DNA of 64,000 bases from Kiritimatiellales bacterium (GCA_021734345.1 JAIPJC010000001.1:15734-79733), one strand, 5' to 3'. Counted from the stretch's first letter, positions 29,901 through 39,546 are shown. Notes: generated by a model not told the origin, from the letters alone. Translations and numbers: made by a program.

Positions 29901-32881
29901 CAACCTGCATGATCCGGCGTCAGGTCGCGTTTTCCAATCCGTTGCTGGATTTCGATTCGATCCTCTGCGTGGCTCGTGGAACCTTCGCGGGGTCGGCCCG
30001 CTCCAATCCTCAAAATACCGATAAGCAGGGCGGACATTTCACCACCCAGTACTTTGGATTCAATGCCTTGCCCGGCGGCGGGCTGTATATCGTCAATAAT
30101 TGGAAAACCAAACCAAACGTGGTCGACGTCCTTGAAAATTCCGTCGTTCAAAATGGCCGGTTGAAGGGACAAAAACTGGATCATGGAGCCTTCTGCACAC
30201 CCGATCTCTCCTATGACGGCAAGACTATTCTCTTTGCATGGACCGCTAACGCCGACCACACTTGGTCATACTCCCAGGAACGGACATGGCATCTCTTCAA
30301 GGTCAATGTGGACGGCTCCGGGTTGACCCAACTCACCGATGGCGCCTATGACGACTTCAATCCCTGTTGGCTGCCCGACGGCCGGATTGCTTTCATTTCA
30401 GAACGGCGCGGCGGGCATATCCGTTGTTTTGGACAGAATAAGGTGCGCAACTATACATTGTTCAGCATGTGCGACGACGGCACCGACATTATTCCGATCA
30501 GTTATTATGAAACCAGCGAATGGAATCCTTCGGTCAACAACGATGGCATGCTGGTCTACACGCGCTGGGACTACACCGACCGGGAAAACTGCTTGGGATC
30601 GCGGTTCTGGATCAGCGGCCCGGACGGGTCGGATCCGCGGGCGCCGCACGGAAATTATCCGTTGCCCTACGAAACCTTCAAAGGCTACACCCCATGGAAA
30701 GGAACGGCGGATGGAGCACGGGATAGCCGTTCGGGAACCCCGATGGCAGAGATGGGTATCCGGGCTATTCCCGGTTCGCACAAGTATATCTTCACGGGTG
30801 CCCCGCATCACGGAGAAGTCTACGGATCGCTCTGCATCCTCGACCTGCGCATCGAAGATGACAGCCACATGTCCCAAATCAAGCGACTGACCCCGGCCGA
30901 GCCTTTTCCTGAAACGGAAAACAACCTCCGCCATAATTACAAGTACGGCACCCCTTGGCCGCTCAGTGAAGATTTCTATCTATGCAACATCTGGAACAAT
31001 CTCGCCTTGCTGGACCGGTTCGGCAACGAGGAGCTGGTTTGCGATTTGCGATCGATCCCTGATCGTCCGGACGAACGCCTGCGCCTGATCAACCCGATCC
31101 CGTTGCGGGCCCGTCCCCTGCCCCCGGTGATTCCCTCGCGGACCAACCAGGGTGCAGAGGCGCAACCCCGTGCACCCAAGGCGACGGTATCCGTCATGAA
31201 CGTCTACGACTCGGATCTGCCGTTCCCGAAAGACCGGAAAGTCAAATGGCTGCGCGTCGTTCAGAACATCCTCAAAACCAACCATGTCATGGGCGGCCCG
31301 ATGATCGGCTACGAACGGGAAAACACACCGCGCATCCCGCTCGGCATCGTGCCGGTTGAGGAAGATGGCAGCGTGTACTTCGAGGCACCTATCGCCAAGG
31401 AGCTGATTCTACAACCACTGGATGAAAACTACATGGCCATCCAGTCCATGCGCACGGTGGCCTTTGTGCATCCGGGCGAACAGCTCTCCTGCCAAGGCTG
31501 CCACGAACCGAACAACCAGTCGCCTTCGCTCGCAAGTCCGCCGCTGGCCATGAAACGGTCGCCGTCCAAGCTCCAGGCGGAAATCGGACCGATCGAACCC
31601 ATTAGCTACTACCGCCAGATCAAGCCGATCTTCGACAACAACTGCGTGGGCTGCCACAAGGAGAAGGGCAAAGGCCCGACCGACATGAGCTACGAAGCTC
31701 TTAAGGAGGACACCTTCTGGTTCGCCGGTGCCATGTTGTTCAACATGACCACTCCGTACAGCGGCATCCACGGCGGATCGCGCGCGATTCCCGGCCGCTT
31801 TGGTGCCGCGTACTGCAACATTGGCCGGGCCTTGATGGATGACACGCACCGCGGCGTGGTCAGCGCGGAAGATCGCCACAAGATCATCGTCTGGCTCGAC
31901 TGCAACTCGCTGCGCCTCAGCGCCTATATTCGCGAAGGCGAACAGATGCAAGGCAAGCTGGTTTGGCCGACGCTTGATGTCGACCCCGCCAACCCGCAGG
32001 GCATCGAAGGAACCGAACCGGGGTTGAAACACAACTTCTGGCACGAGAACCTGTACGGGCCGCATGCGCTCCTCGGCACCAGCCATGAGTTGCAGAAAAT
32101 CTATCTGATGAACGCCAAGGGCGAAATCGTATGGGACTACCCGGCGGTCAATCCGCAGGATGTCTGGATGCTGCCCAACGGCAACATTCTCATGACCTGG
32201 ATACATGGCGTAAAAGAAGTGACGAGGGACAAGCAGGTGGTCTGGGAATTCACGGTTGAAGCCCCGAACGAAGTGCCGACCTGCCAGCCGCTGCCGAATG
32301 GCAATGTATTGATCGGCATCGTCGGCCAGTGCCGCTTAATTGAAGTCGACAAGAGCGGGAAGATCATCCATGAAATCCAGCTGGCGACCTCGGTGAAAGC
32401 GCCGCACGCCCAGTTCCGCATGTGCCGCCAGACTCCGGAAGGAACCTATCTGGTTCCGTTCACGGCGGAAGGCGCCGTGTGGGAATACAGCCACGACGGC
32501 CAGATCCTGCGCGAGTTCCCGCGCCAAAGCTCGCCGTTGTGCGCGGTTCGGCTGCCGGACGGCAATACGCTGATCACCGCTGATCACCGCGTCACCGAGT
32601 ATGATAAAAACAACGGCATCGTGTGGCAGATGACTCCTGAAGACGTGCCCGACATTAATCTGGGTGTTCTGGCTGGCGTACAGCGTTTATCCAATGGCAA
32701 CACGCTGGTCTGCAATTGGAATGCAGAACCCGCGGGCAACAAGTCCGGCTCCCACATCTTCGAACTGACGACGGACAAGCGGGTTGTTTGGCAGGTGGAT
32801 ACCAATACGATCGGCAAGGTAGCGCAATGCCAGCTGCTGACGGACGACCTCATGCCTCGCAATGAGGATAATTGGCGGTAA
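26981..32881 (+). CDS. secreted multidomain protein: 4 LamG modules + hydrazine-synthase-alpha-like core (TolB-like propeller, middle domain, 2 CxxCH) + C-terminal beta-propeller
   Basis: PDLSYDGKTILF, QLTDGAYDDFNPCWLPDGRIAFISER, VYTRWDY, LGIVPVEEDGSVYFEAP..LQPLD..AIQSMR...HPGEQLSCQGCH and CVGCH. Repeated LPNGN(I/T)L blades at the C-terminus. Confidence 0.8.
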   Translation: MQLKHLKPQLNRPTPSLFAVLVAAAVLVISGSAAFAEIATFGNSYDLTGNPLAIPANTAYGSWPLTVECRVKLDRQDKYNIIIANETKASPRHWEFYTTPKNGNFSAYLPGFKPALFDTGVSIADGKWHALAMIVEETNIRLFVDGELKINQSVTAPSAPALGQGLALGALVEGGMDCAGQIDEVRISKCVGPISGVATAPFIKNADTVGLWQFEEKTASVAKAALKPATTSLDMTPTGTSCDLTLGPATIPPNAAYSSWPLTVECRIKLMPKNTFSVIIANETKASPRHWELYATPGNGNLCAYLPGFTPSSFNTTVSVADGQWHALAMVVEETRVRLFMDGKLIQEQVVTAPSTPALGQPLRLGALVEGGFDCTGQIDEVRISKGARPVSGLSGAAITDDDSTVGLWQFEDNTPGVARDASKLKNDARLPPPDLGSLFKATLDFSKGMASIPVDAAFEQRPLTIDCWVKIPQTTSDPQAAFRSVLLSYGNLNDVADQGHWNLVTGPRPWFSMPGRCGIIAKTPIQDNKWHHLALVLESNQARIFVDGIEEAKGDILPAEPATDCPSCGSVKTLTIGGLPDGLRRVAGEMGELRITSGIRIPVGISMPLLAADDQTFGLWRFDFSAKNDFTDLSKLKRNARFNAAPLPTPTDYLALPKKPDAEPLRKVAATLATKLDLSSVNPANVGDEVWQQWHFDFHGYGKFDYDRGPYYWKPKDVNSQVFDTNTLILPEDAGPPAPFIHDDDTIGLWKFDEKKPGEVCDLTAGPVTVATDPAYSSWPLTVECRVKLDRKDKYNIILANETKASPRHWELFTAPGSGNFSAYLPGFKPASFDAGVSVVDGQWHSVTMIVEAARIQLFVDGELKTEQAVAAPSAPALGQELKLGALVEGGMDCTGQIDDLRISKCVRSSARGVPAGTVLRQTKALIANLRQTATNDQQRKKLDALASDLDKVATAWGMASAEKKRGIDYYLATCMIRRQVAFSNPLLDFDSILCVARGTFAGSARSNPQNTDKQGGHFTTQYFGFNALPGGGLYIVNNWKTKPNVVDVLENSVVQNGRLKGQKLDHGAFCTPDLSYDGKTILFAWTANADHTWSYSQERTWHLFKVNVDGSGLTQLTDGAYDDFNPCWLPDGRIAFISERRGGHIRCFGQNKVRNYTLFSMCDDGTDIIPISYYETSEWNPSVNNDGMLVYTRWDYTDRENCLGSRFWISGPDGSDPRAPHGNYPLPYETFKGYTPWKGTADGARDSRSGTPMAEMGIRAIPGSHKYIFTGAPHHGEVYGSLCILDLRIEDDSHMSQIKRLTPAEPFPETENNLRHNYKYGTPWPLSEDFYLCNIWNNLALLDRFGNEELVCDLRSIPDRPDERLRLINPIPLRARPLPPVIPSRTNQGAEAQPRAPKATVSVMNVYDSDLPFPKDRKVKWLRVVQNILKTNHVMGGPMIGYERENTPRIPLGIVPVEEDGSVYFEAPIAKELILQPLDENYMAIQSMRTVAFVHPGEQLSCQGCHEPNNQSPSLASPPLAMKRSPSKLQAEIGPIEPISYYRQIKPIFDNNCVGCHKEKGKGPTDMSYEALKEDTFWFAGAMLFNMTTPYSGIHGGSRAIPGRFGAAYCNIGRALMDDTHRGVVSAEDRHKIIVWLDCNSLRLSAYIREGEQMQGKLVWPTLDVDPANPQGIEGTEPGLKHNFWHENLYGPHALLGTSHELQKIYLMNAKGEIVWDYPAVNPQDVWMLPNGNILMTWIHGVKEVTRDKQVVWEFTVEAPNEVPTCQPLPNGNVLIGIVGQCRLIEVDKSGKIIHEIQLATSVKAPHAQFRMCRQTPEGTYLVPFTAEGAVWEYSHDGQILREFPRQSSPLCAVRLPDGNTLITADHRVTEYDKNNGIVWQMTPEDVPDINLGVLAGVQRLSNGNTLVCNWNAEPAGNKSGSHIFELTTDKRVVWQVDTNTIGKVAQCQLLTDDLMPRNEDNWR

Positions 32882-34698
32882 TGCGAAAACAAGCATCCAT
32901 CATGATGGTGATAGCGGCACTCTGCGGCGTCTGCGCCGCGGAGTACCTATCGCCGTCCGATATGCAACTGATCGACGGAGGGAAAATCCTGTTGATCACG
33001 GAGGACACCGGCAAGCGGCTTGACCTGTTCGACACCGCCGCCGGAAAGATCCTCCGCTCCATCGCACTGCCAGACCGCCCACACGGACTGGCCTGTTCGG
33101 CGGATGGTGGCACCGCCTACTTCGCAACGGGCGAAGGCGAAGGGTTGTTGAATGTATTGGAGCTGGCTTCCGGAAAAATCGTGCATCGGATCCCGGTCGG
33201 CCATGGTCCGATGGCGCCCGTGTTGTCCCCCGACGGTAAGACGCTGTATGTCTGCAACCGCTTTGACAACTCGGTTGGGTTTGTTGATTTAATCACGCAA
33301 CGGCAGACGCGGACGGTCGCCGTGACCCGCGAACCGGTTGCGGCCACGTTGACGCCCGACGGTCGTCTCCTGTTTGTGGCCAACCACCTGCCCGACGGCC
33401 CCGCCAACGTCGACTACGTGGCGTCAAAGATTTCCGTCATCGACACCGCCAAAGGTGAGCTGGTTAAAAACATCAAACTGGTCACCGGGTCGGAAGGGTT
33501 GCGCGGCATGTGCATGTCGGCCGATGGACAGTTCGTCTACGTAACACATTTGATGGCCCGCTTCCAAATTCCAACCACCAAGCTGGACCGCGGCTGGGTC
33601 AATACCGACGCCCTTAGCATTATCCGGGTCGCCGATCTCAAATTGCTCTACACCGTATTGCTCGACGATGTAGATCGGGGCTTTGCCAATCCATGGGGAG
33701 TGGCGATTTCCAGCGATGGCAAACAACTCTGCGTCGGCTCGGCCGGCAATAATGAACTCTGCCTAATCGATCTTCCGGCACTGACCGCCAAAGTCGATGC
33801 GGCGGTGAAGGCCATGGGAGCCAATGCCGAATCCATGCATCTGAACGCCCACAACGACCTCGCCATGCTGGTCGACGTTCGGCAGCGCATTCCATTGCAA
33901 GGCATCGGCGCGCGCGCCGTGTTGATGCACAACGAACGCATCTATATTGCCGAATATTTTTCCGATAGCCTGGGGCAAGTCACGTTGCAGGACGGCCAGA
34001 TAAAATCCGTCGAATCGTTCCCGCTGGGACCGGTCGTGCCGCTGACGCCGGAGCGCCAGGGCGAGATCCTGTTCAACGACGCCCGCATGTGCTACCAGAA
34101 CTGGCTGAGCTGTGCCAGCTGCCACCCGGATGCCCGCACGGATGCACTCAACTGGGATCTGTTGAACGACGGCATCGGCAACCCGAAGAACGTCAAATCC
34201 ATGCTGCTGACGCACCAGACGCCGCCTACCACTTGGCTGGGCATCCGGCCCGACGCAGAAGTTTCCGTACGCTCCGGCATCCGGCATATCCAGTTTGTGG
34301 TGCGCCCCGAAGCAGACGCCGTGGCCATCGATGCCTACCTGAAAAGCCTGAAGCAGACACCCAGTCCATGGCTGGTTGACGGCAAGCTGTCCGAGTCCGC
34401 CGCGCGCGGAAAAAAAACATTTGAAACCATCGGTTGCGCCCAATGCCACCCCGCCCCGCTCTATACCGACCTCCGGCAATACAACGTCGGCACCGGCACC
34501 GGGCCGGATGCAGACCAGTCCTTCGATGTGCCTTCCTTGCGCGAAGTCTGGCGCACCGCACCATATCTGCACGACGGACGTGCGGCCACCATGCGCGACC
34601 TTTTGCAACAGCAGGGACATGCCGCAATCCTGGATAAAACATCAAAGCTGAACGACCAGCAACTCCAGGAGCTGGAAGCCTATATCCTCTCGCTCTGA
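32881..34698 (+). CDS. secreted YVTN-type beta-propeller fused to a di-heme cytochrome c peroxidase/MauG-like domain (HzsB+HzsC-like architecture)
   Basis: VG..P...SPDGK.LYV.N propeller blades, CASCH, CAQCH, PSLREVWRTAPYLHDG. ATG overlaps the upstream stop (TAATG). Confidence 0.85.
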   Translation: MRKQASIMMVIAALCGVCAAEYLSPSDMQLIDGGKILLITEDTGKRLDLFDTAAGKILRSIALPDRPHGLACSADGGTAYFATGEGEGLLNVLELASGKIVHRIPVGHGPMAPVLSPDGKTLYVCNRFDNSVGFVDLITQRQTRTVAVTREPVAATLTPDGRLLFVANHLPDGPANVDYVASKISVIDTAKGELVKNIKLVTGSEGLRGMCMSADGQFVYVTHLMARFQIPTTKLDRGWVNTDALSIIRVADLKLLYTVLLDDVDRGFANPWGVAISSDGKQLCVGSAGNNELCLIDLPALTAKVDAAVKAMGANAESMHLNAHNDLAMLVDVRQRIPLQGIGARAVLMHNERIYIAEYFSDSLGQVTLQDGQIKSVESFPLGPVVPLTPERQGEILFNDARMCYQNWLSCASCHPDARTDALNWDLLNDGIGNPKNVKSMLLTHQTPPTTWLGIRPDAEVSVRSGIRHIQFVVRPEADAVAIDAYLKSLKQTPSPWLVDGKLSESAARGKKTFETIGCAQCHPAPLYTDLRQYNVGTGTGPDADQSFDVPSLREVWRTAPYLHDGRAATMRDLLQQQGHAAILDKTSKLNDQQLQELEAYILSL

Positions 34699-34729
34699 TC
34701 TATTGGAAGCAGGATGTTCCCTGTACGAC

Positions 34730-36079
34730 CTACAGCCGACTGAACTCTTCCCAACCTTTACGCGGAGGAGGACCGGCAAGCAACTCGCCGGCCAGCGTGT
34801 TGTTTGTGATTTGCCTTGTTTCGCGATCGAATTCGAGCGTTCCTCCCACCCGTTGCGAGATGCATCCAAGAACCAGCATTTGCGACAATGGACCCGCTAT
34901 TTCAAACGGAGAACGCGCCTGTTCGTCGCCCCGGCAGGCAAGCAGGAAGTTTTCGTAGTGATTGGAGTTTTTACCAAAATCCCTCGGAATCGCTCCGGCC
35001 TCAAGCAGTGCCCGCATTTTTTCATACGGGATGATCTGCAGGGGATCACTGTGGTTATTGCCTTGGAAAACGATTTCCTTGCTGTAGATAAACTTTCCGG
35101 GTTGGTTCACCTTCCTTCCGGCAAACTCTTCCGGGATGGGTGGAAGGTTTTTCGCGCCATCGTACCAGTCGATGTCCATTGCCGGCATTTCGCCACGCGC
35201 TGGAAATTGGAAATTGATGGTCGAGGCCATCGGATAGATGAATGTGTTGGGGCCGTCGAGTTGTTTGGCGCTGATTGAAGAAGGCAGACCCAGTTCGAGA
35301 AATTGATGGATGGTGTCGAGAATATGCGCACCCCAGTCGCCAAAGCATCCCGTGCCGAAGTCGTACCATCCACGCCAGTTACCATAGTGCAGTTTTTCGC
35401 TGTAATCGTGCGGCTGGGCGGTTCCGAGCCAAACATCCCAATCCAAGGTTTCCGGTTTTATTTCACCGGTTGGGAATCCCTTCACATCGCCCCACGCATG
35501 CCAACGGCGATTCAAGTTCATGTAGGCGTCGACGTGGATCACATCCTTGATGATTCCCGCGTCCTTCCACGCCTTGAACTGAAAATAGTTGGTTCCCGAA
35601 TGTCCCTGGTTGCCCATCTGCGTGACGACCTTGTATGCCTTGGCCGCCGCCATCATCAGCTCGATTTCCTGGAAGGTGCGCGCCATCGGCTTTTCAACAT
35701 AGACATGCTTGCCGAGCGCCATAGCCAACATGGCAACGGGGAAATGGGAATGGTCGGGCACGCAAACAACGACAGCGTCAATCTCCTTGGCCATTTTGTC
35801 GAACATTACCCGGAAGTCTTTGAATTTCCGGACTCCGGGAAACAGGACTTCAATGGCGGAAGTGCCTTTACTGCCGATATCGACATCGCAAAGGGCAACA
35901 ATATTGGCGAGTCCTGTTTGTTCAAAAGATTTGACCAGTCCCGTGCCGCGCCCACCGTTGCCGACGCAGGCCAAATTCACCTTGCCATTCGCTCCCAGCG
36001 CCCGTCCGGGAAAAAACGAGCCAGCGGTTGCCGCGGCGGAGAAAATCGCCATTTGTCTACGTGATACCGGAATGGTCAT
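34730..36079 (-). CDS. Gfo/Idh/MocA-family oxidoreductase, probable Tat substrate
   Basis: SRRQ twin-arginine-like leader, VGNGGRG, PDHSH, HVYVEKP, QMGNQ, GDWGAHILD. Confidence 0.9.
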   Translation of the reverse strand: MTIPVSRRQMAIFSAAATAGSFFPGRALGANGKVNLACVGNGGRGTGLVKSFEQTGLANIVALCDVDIGSKGTSAIEVLFPGVRKFKDFRVMFDKMAKEIDAVVVCVPDHSHFPVAMLAMALGKHVYVEKPMARTFQEIELMMAAAKAYKVVTQMGNQGHSGTNYFQFKAWKDAGIIKDVIHVDAYMNLNRRWHAWGDVKGFPTGEIKPETLDWDVWLGTAQPHDYSEKLHYGNWRGWYDFGTGCFGDWGAHILDTIHQFLELGLPSSISAKQLDGPNTFIYPMASTINFQFPARGEMPAMDIDWYDGAKNLPPIPEEFAGRKVNQPGKFIYSKEIVFQGNNHSDPLQIIPYEKMRALLEAGAIPRDFGKNSNHYENFLLACRGDEQARSPFEIAGPLSQMLVLGCISQRVGGTLEFDRETRQITNNTLAGELLAGPPPRKGWEEFSRL

Positions 36080-36216
36080 TTTTTCATCTCCAAAAGCCGG
36101 AAAGCCCGATCCGGTGTTTGTTCATTCGACGAAACACAAAGCAGCTTTTCGACATTGCCATACCAATCTTTTTCGGGAACCCTGAATTCGATAGTAATAC
36201 GACGAGGATGCGCCCC

Positions 36217-36855
36217 ATGGAAAAGACAATGATAGCCGCCCTGTTTTTCGCGACCGTTTCCGCTTTTTCCGCCAGCGAGACGAAGGACGCATCATGGACC
36301 AGCCTGTTCGACGGAAAAACGCTCGATGGCTGGGAAAACCCCTACGGCTGGGGCGAAGCCAAAGTGGTCGATGGCGAAATCCAACTCGTTGCCGACAAAA
36401 AGTTTTTCCTCTGCACCGACAGAATCTACACCAACTTTATCTTCGAGGCCGAAATCAAGATGCCCGAAGGCAAATCCAACTCCGGGTTCATGTTCCGCTG
36501 CCACGTCGAGCCCAACAAGGTCTACGGCTACCAGGCTGAAGTCGACACGGATGACCGCGCCTGGTCGGGCGGGCTCTATGACGAAGGTCGCCGCCAATGG
36601 CTCAACCCGCTCAAGCCCGTCGACTCCCCCTCCGCCGACGCCTTCCGCGAAAAAACCAAAGGCTCCTTCAAGCGCAACGACTGGAATACATACAAAATCA
36701 AAGCCGAAGGCCCCCATCTCCAGATCTGGGTAAACAACATCCTCTGCACCGACTACACCGACGACATGGATGCCGCAGGCTATATCGCCATCCAGCACCA
36801 CGGCGAAAAAGGCCAGATCTACAAGTTCCGCAACCTTCGCATCAAAGAACTTTGA
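36217..36855 (+). CDS. DUF1080 (3-keto-disaccharide hydrolase/hydratase) family protein
   Basis: Signal peptide, LFDGKTLDGW, NSGFMFR, YQAEV, WN.Y.I, IAIQHH, FRNLRIKEL. Confidence 0.9.
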   Translation: MEKTMIAALFFATVSAFSASETKDASWTSLFDGKTLDGWENPYGWGEAKVVDGEIQLVADKKFFLCTDRIYTNFIFEAEIKMPEGKSNSGFMFRCHVEPNKVYGYQAEVDTDDRAWSGGLYDEGRRQWLNPLKPVDSPSADAFREKTKGSFKRNDWNTYKIKAEGPHLQIWVNNILCTDYTDDMDAAGYIAIQHHGEKGQIYKFRNLRIKEL

Positions 36856-36929
36856 CGAACAACCGTTATCCCTGATTTCCAATCATTGGGAACTTGTGCC
36901 CTGCAACCCGAATCCATACGCTCCGGGGC

Positions 36930-37862
36930 ATGTTTATCCTTAACAGCATCGCCCCGATTTTCTTGTTGATCGCCCTCGGCAAACTCTTGCAGAAGATCGG
37001 TTTTTTGCCCGATTCGTTTTTCAAGGGCCTCAACCGCCTCGTGTTCTGGATTGCGCTACCCGCCCTATTGATCAGCCGCATCGGGACCGCCAACATCGAC
37101 TTCCCAACCGTTTCGCAAATCATCCTGCTGTTCACTACCGGAACCCTGTTGAGTCTCGCGCTTGCGGGGATCGTTGCGCGGTGGATGCGGTTGCCTACTG
37201 AAAAGAAGGGATCGTTCATCCAAGGATCGTTCCGTGGCAACGGGGCGTTTGTTGGATTGCCTGTCATCATCTACACATGGGGAGCTCTCGATCCGCGCGC
37301 CGAAACACTGGGAACCGTCATCCTCGCGCCGGTCGTGATCCTCTTCAACATTCTCGGCGTGACCGTGCTGTTGCACTACAGCCGCCGCAAAACCAGCGTG
37401 GCCGAATCGTTGCAAACTTTCGTATCCCAGCTCTTCAAAAATCCGTTGCTCATTGGATGCGTAGTCGGGCTCGGGTTGAATCTATCGGGGATGTCCCTGC
37501 CGCTACTGGTATCCCGTCCGCTCGACGCGCTCGGTCAGGCCGCACTGCCCTTGATCCTGATGAGCATCGGGGCTTCGCTGGAGTTCGAACGGTTGCGTGG
37601 TGCAGCCTCGCCAACCTTGATTGCATCCCTGATCAAAGTAGTGGTTGCACCATCGCTGGGATTTCTGTTGGCCGGACTGTTCAACCTGGACCATACCGAA
37701 CGGATGATCGCGATCTTCTACCTCGCCTGCCCCGCCGCCGGCATGTCGTACGTCATGGCCGAAGTGATGGGAAACGATGGTCAGTTGGCTGGGAGGATCG
37801 TGGCACTCAGCACCCTGCTCGCCGCCATCACGCTGCCGATCATCATTGCGCTCGGCGTCTGA
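36930..37862 (+). CDS. AEC (auxin efflux carrier) family transporter
   Basis: LNRLVFWIALPAL, FRGN..FVGLP, KNPLLI, ~10 TM helices. Confidence 0.88.
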   Translation: MFILNSIAPIFLLIALGKLLQKIGFLPDSFFKGLNRLVFWIALPALLISRIGTANIDFPTVSQIILLFTTGTLLSLALAGIVARWMRLPTEKKGSFIQGSFRGNGAFVGLPVIIYTWGALDPRAETLGTVILAPVVILFNILGVTVLLHYSRRKTSVAESLQTFVSQLFKNPLLIGCVVGLGLNLSGMSLPLLVSRPLDALGQAALPLILMSIGASLEFERLRGAASPTLIASLIKVVVAPSLGFLLAGLFNLDHTERMIAIFYLACPAAGMSYVMAEVMGNDGQLAGRIVALSTLLAAITLPIIIALGV

Positions 37863-37863
37863 A

Positions 37864-39546
37864 TCACCAGCGGTAGGTCAGGCCCGAGTCGATGTAGAGT
37901 GCCTGTACCGAAGTGCCAAAGCTTTCGGAAACCTGCACATTGGCACTCCATTTTCTAGAGATCAGCCAGTCGACCAGCAACGACGCATCCGATAGGTCAA
38001 GGGAATCCACTCCGCCGTTTTCATCGTACGTTCGGAAGCCCACCGAGGGCTGGAACGACAGGCGGGACTGCATCACGGGGAAGTAGCCATAGAGGCGTAC
38101 GCCGTATCCCTTGGAGTAGCTGCTTTCCATATTGTACACGGTCATGGACAGACTACTGTTCTTGAGATCGAAGAAACCACGGCGAGTGATGCCCAACCGC
38201 CAAAGCGGCGTCATGCTGTAGTTTTCGCCTTCGAGGAATGACACCTCCTCGTCGAAAGTCAGGTTTCCGGGAACGCGTTGTGCGCTGCCAATCGAATAGC
38301 GCCAGTAGCCATCGTCCAGCGGCAGGGAATTGGTCGGCGCGGCGTAGACGGCGCGTTCGGCGGCGGTGTCGGGTTGCTGGTAGTGGTCGACTCCGGTGCG
38401 AAAGCTCAGCACCTTGTTGACGGGCGCATTGGCATGCAGGTTCAACCGGGTCAGCGAAGCCCCGTCGCGCTCCTCGGCACCACCGGCGTCGATATCGACT
38501 TCGCTGGAGGAATAGAGGTTCAAATGCGGACCAAGCGTCGCCGTCTGGTCGAGCAGCACCGCGAGCCGGTCGAAGCTCCCTTGATAGGCCGAGCCAAGCA
38601 CGCCGAGCGTTCCGGAGTAGTAGAGTCGTTGCATCTCGCCAGCCTGGAATGTTCCATACGCCACCGCGGTGGGCTCGTCGGTTGTGAACTCCAGATCGTA
38701 GCGATCCGGCTTCAGGCCCGCCATTCCACCCACTCGTACGTTCTTATTGAGGACAACCTCGGCCTGGGCACCATCCAGATAGCCAACCGATGGCAGTTCC
38801 AAGGGAAGGAAACGGCCGGCACGCACAAAGCTTCCACCATCGAATCTACGGAACAGGCTCAATTGCCGCAGATCGAGCCTCGGCTCCTGATAGTATCGGC
38901 TATTGCTCAATCCATCCCCGCTCCGATAGGACAGGTTGGCGTTCCAATCCACCGCCCAAGGCGTACCGTTGATGCGTTCCAAACTACCCGCCGTGCCGAC
39001 GCGGCTCAGGGAATAATCGGCGAGCTGCTCCTGCTCCATTTGCAGCGATTGACGCATCCAGATACGTCCATGGAAAATATTGGAGGGATCGTTGACGTTG
39101 ACCGACCGTTCCCGCATCGGTGCCAGCAACGGAACAAACGGCTCGGTTGCGGCGTCCGGGTTCTTCAGGGTGGAAGAGGATGACGCAGGCTTCTCCGTTA
39201 CGGCAGCCTCTTCCACATCGAACACGACCTTATCACCCACTTGCGGCACCTCGCCCTGCCACACGGTCAGCACTTGGAGCAAGGCCGAACTACCCGAAAC
39301 CGTGGAGACTTGCACCGTGCCGATCATCGCCTCGCCGCGCAAAATCCGTCCGCGGGTTCCCGAAGTCAACCCGGCCGCGCGGCCCACGTCCACATACACG
39401 CCGTCGACGGTCCGTTGCACGATGCTCGCTTCTACCTGCCGCGTTTCGGAACGGACCGTCCCGGCACAGACCAACACGAGCACGATCAACGCGATGCACC
39501 ATCTACCCCGCAAACTGGAACGTTGGTTCAACATAATCATCCTCAT
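37864..39546 (-). CDS. probable outer-membrane beta-barrel (porin) with a small N-terminal beta domain
   Basis: Signal peptide, alternating amphipathic beta strands over ~400 aa, terminal aromatic GLTYRW. ATGA-coupled to the 31-heme gene. Confidence 0.7.
   Translation of the reverse strand: MRMIMLNQRSSLRGRWCIALIVLVLVCAGTVRSETRQVEASIVQRTVDGVYVDVGRAAGLTSGTRGRILRGEAMIGTVQVSTVSGSSALLQVLTVWQGEVPQVGDKVVFDVEEAAVTEKPASSSSTLKNPDAATEPFVPLLAPMRERSVNVNDPSNIFHGRIWMRQSLQMEQEQLADYSLSRVGTAGSLERINGTPWAVDWNANLSYRSGDGLSNSRYYQEPRLDLRQLSLFRRFDGGSFVRAGRFLPLELPSVGYLDGAQAEVVLNKNVRVGGMAGLKPDRYDLEFTTDEPTAVAYGTFQAGEMQRLYYSGTLGVLGSAYQGSFDRLAVLLDQTATLGPHLNLYSSSEVDIDAGGAEERDGASLTRLNLHANAPVNKVLSFRTGVDHYQQPDTAAERAVYAAPTNSLPLDDGYWRYSIGSAQRVPGNLTFDEEVSFLEGENYSMTPLWRLGITRRGFFDLKNSSLSMTVYNMESSYSKGYGVRLYGYFPVMQSRLSFQPSVGFRTYDENGGVDSLDLSDASLLVDWLISRKWSANVQVSESFGTSVQALYIDSGLTYRW

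Noticed and set aside
26981-34698. Bona fide anammox hydrazine synthase
   Set aside because: No hydrazine dehydrogenase/HAO-like or other anammox genes. The proteins carry LamG and extra propeller domains and sit in a sugar regulon. Only the architecture is shared.
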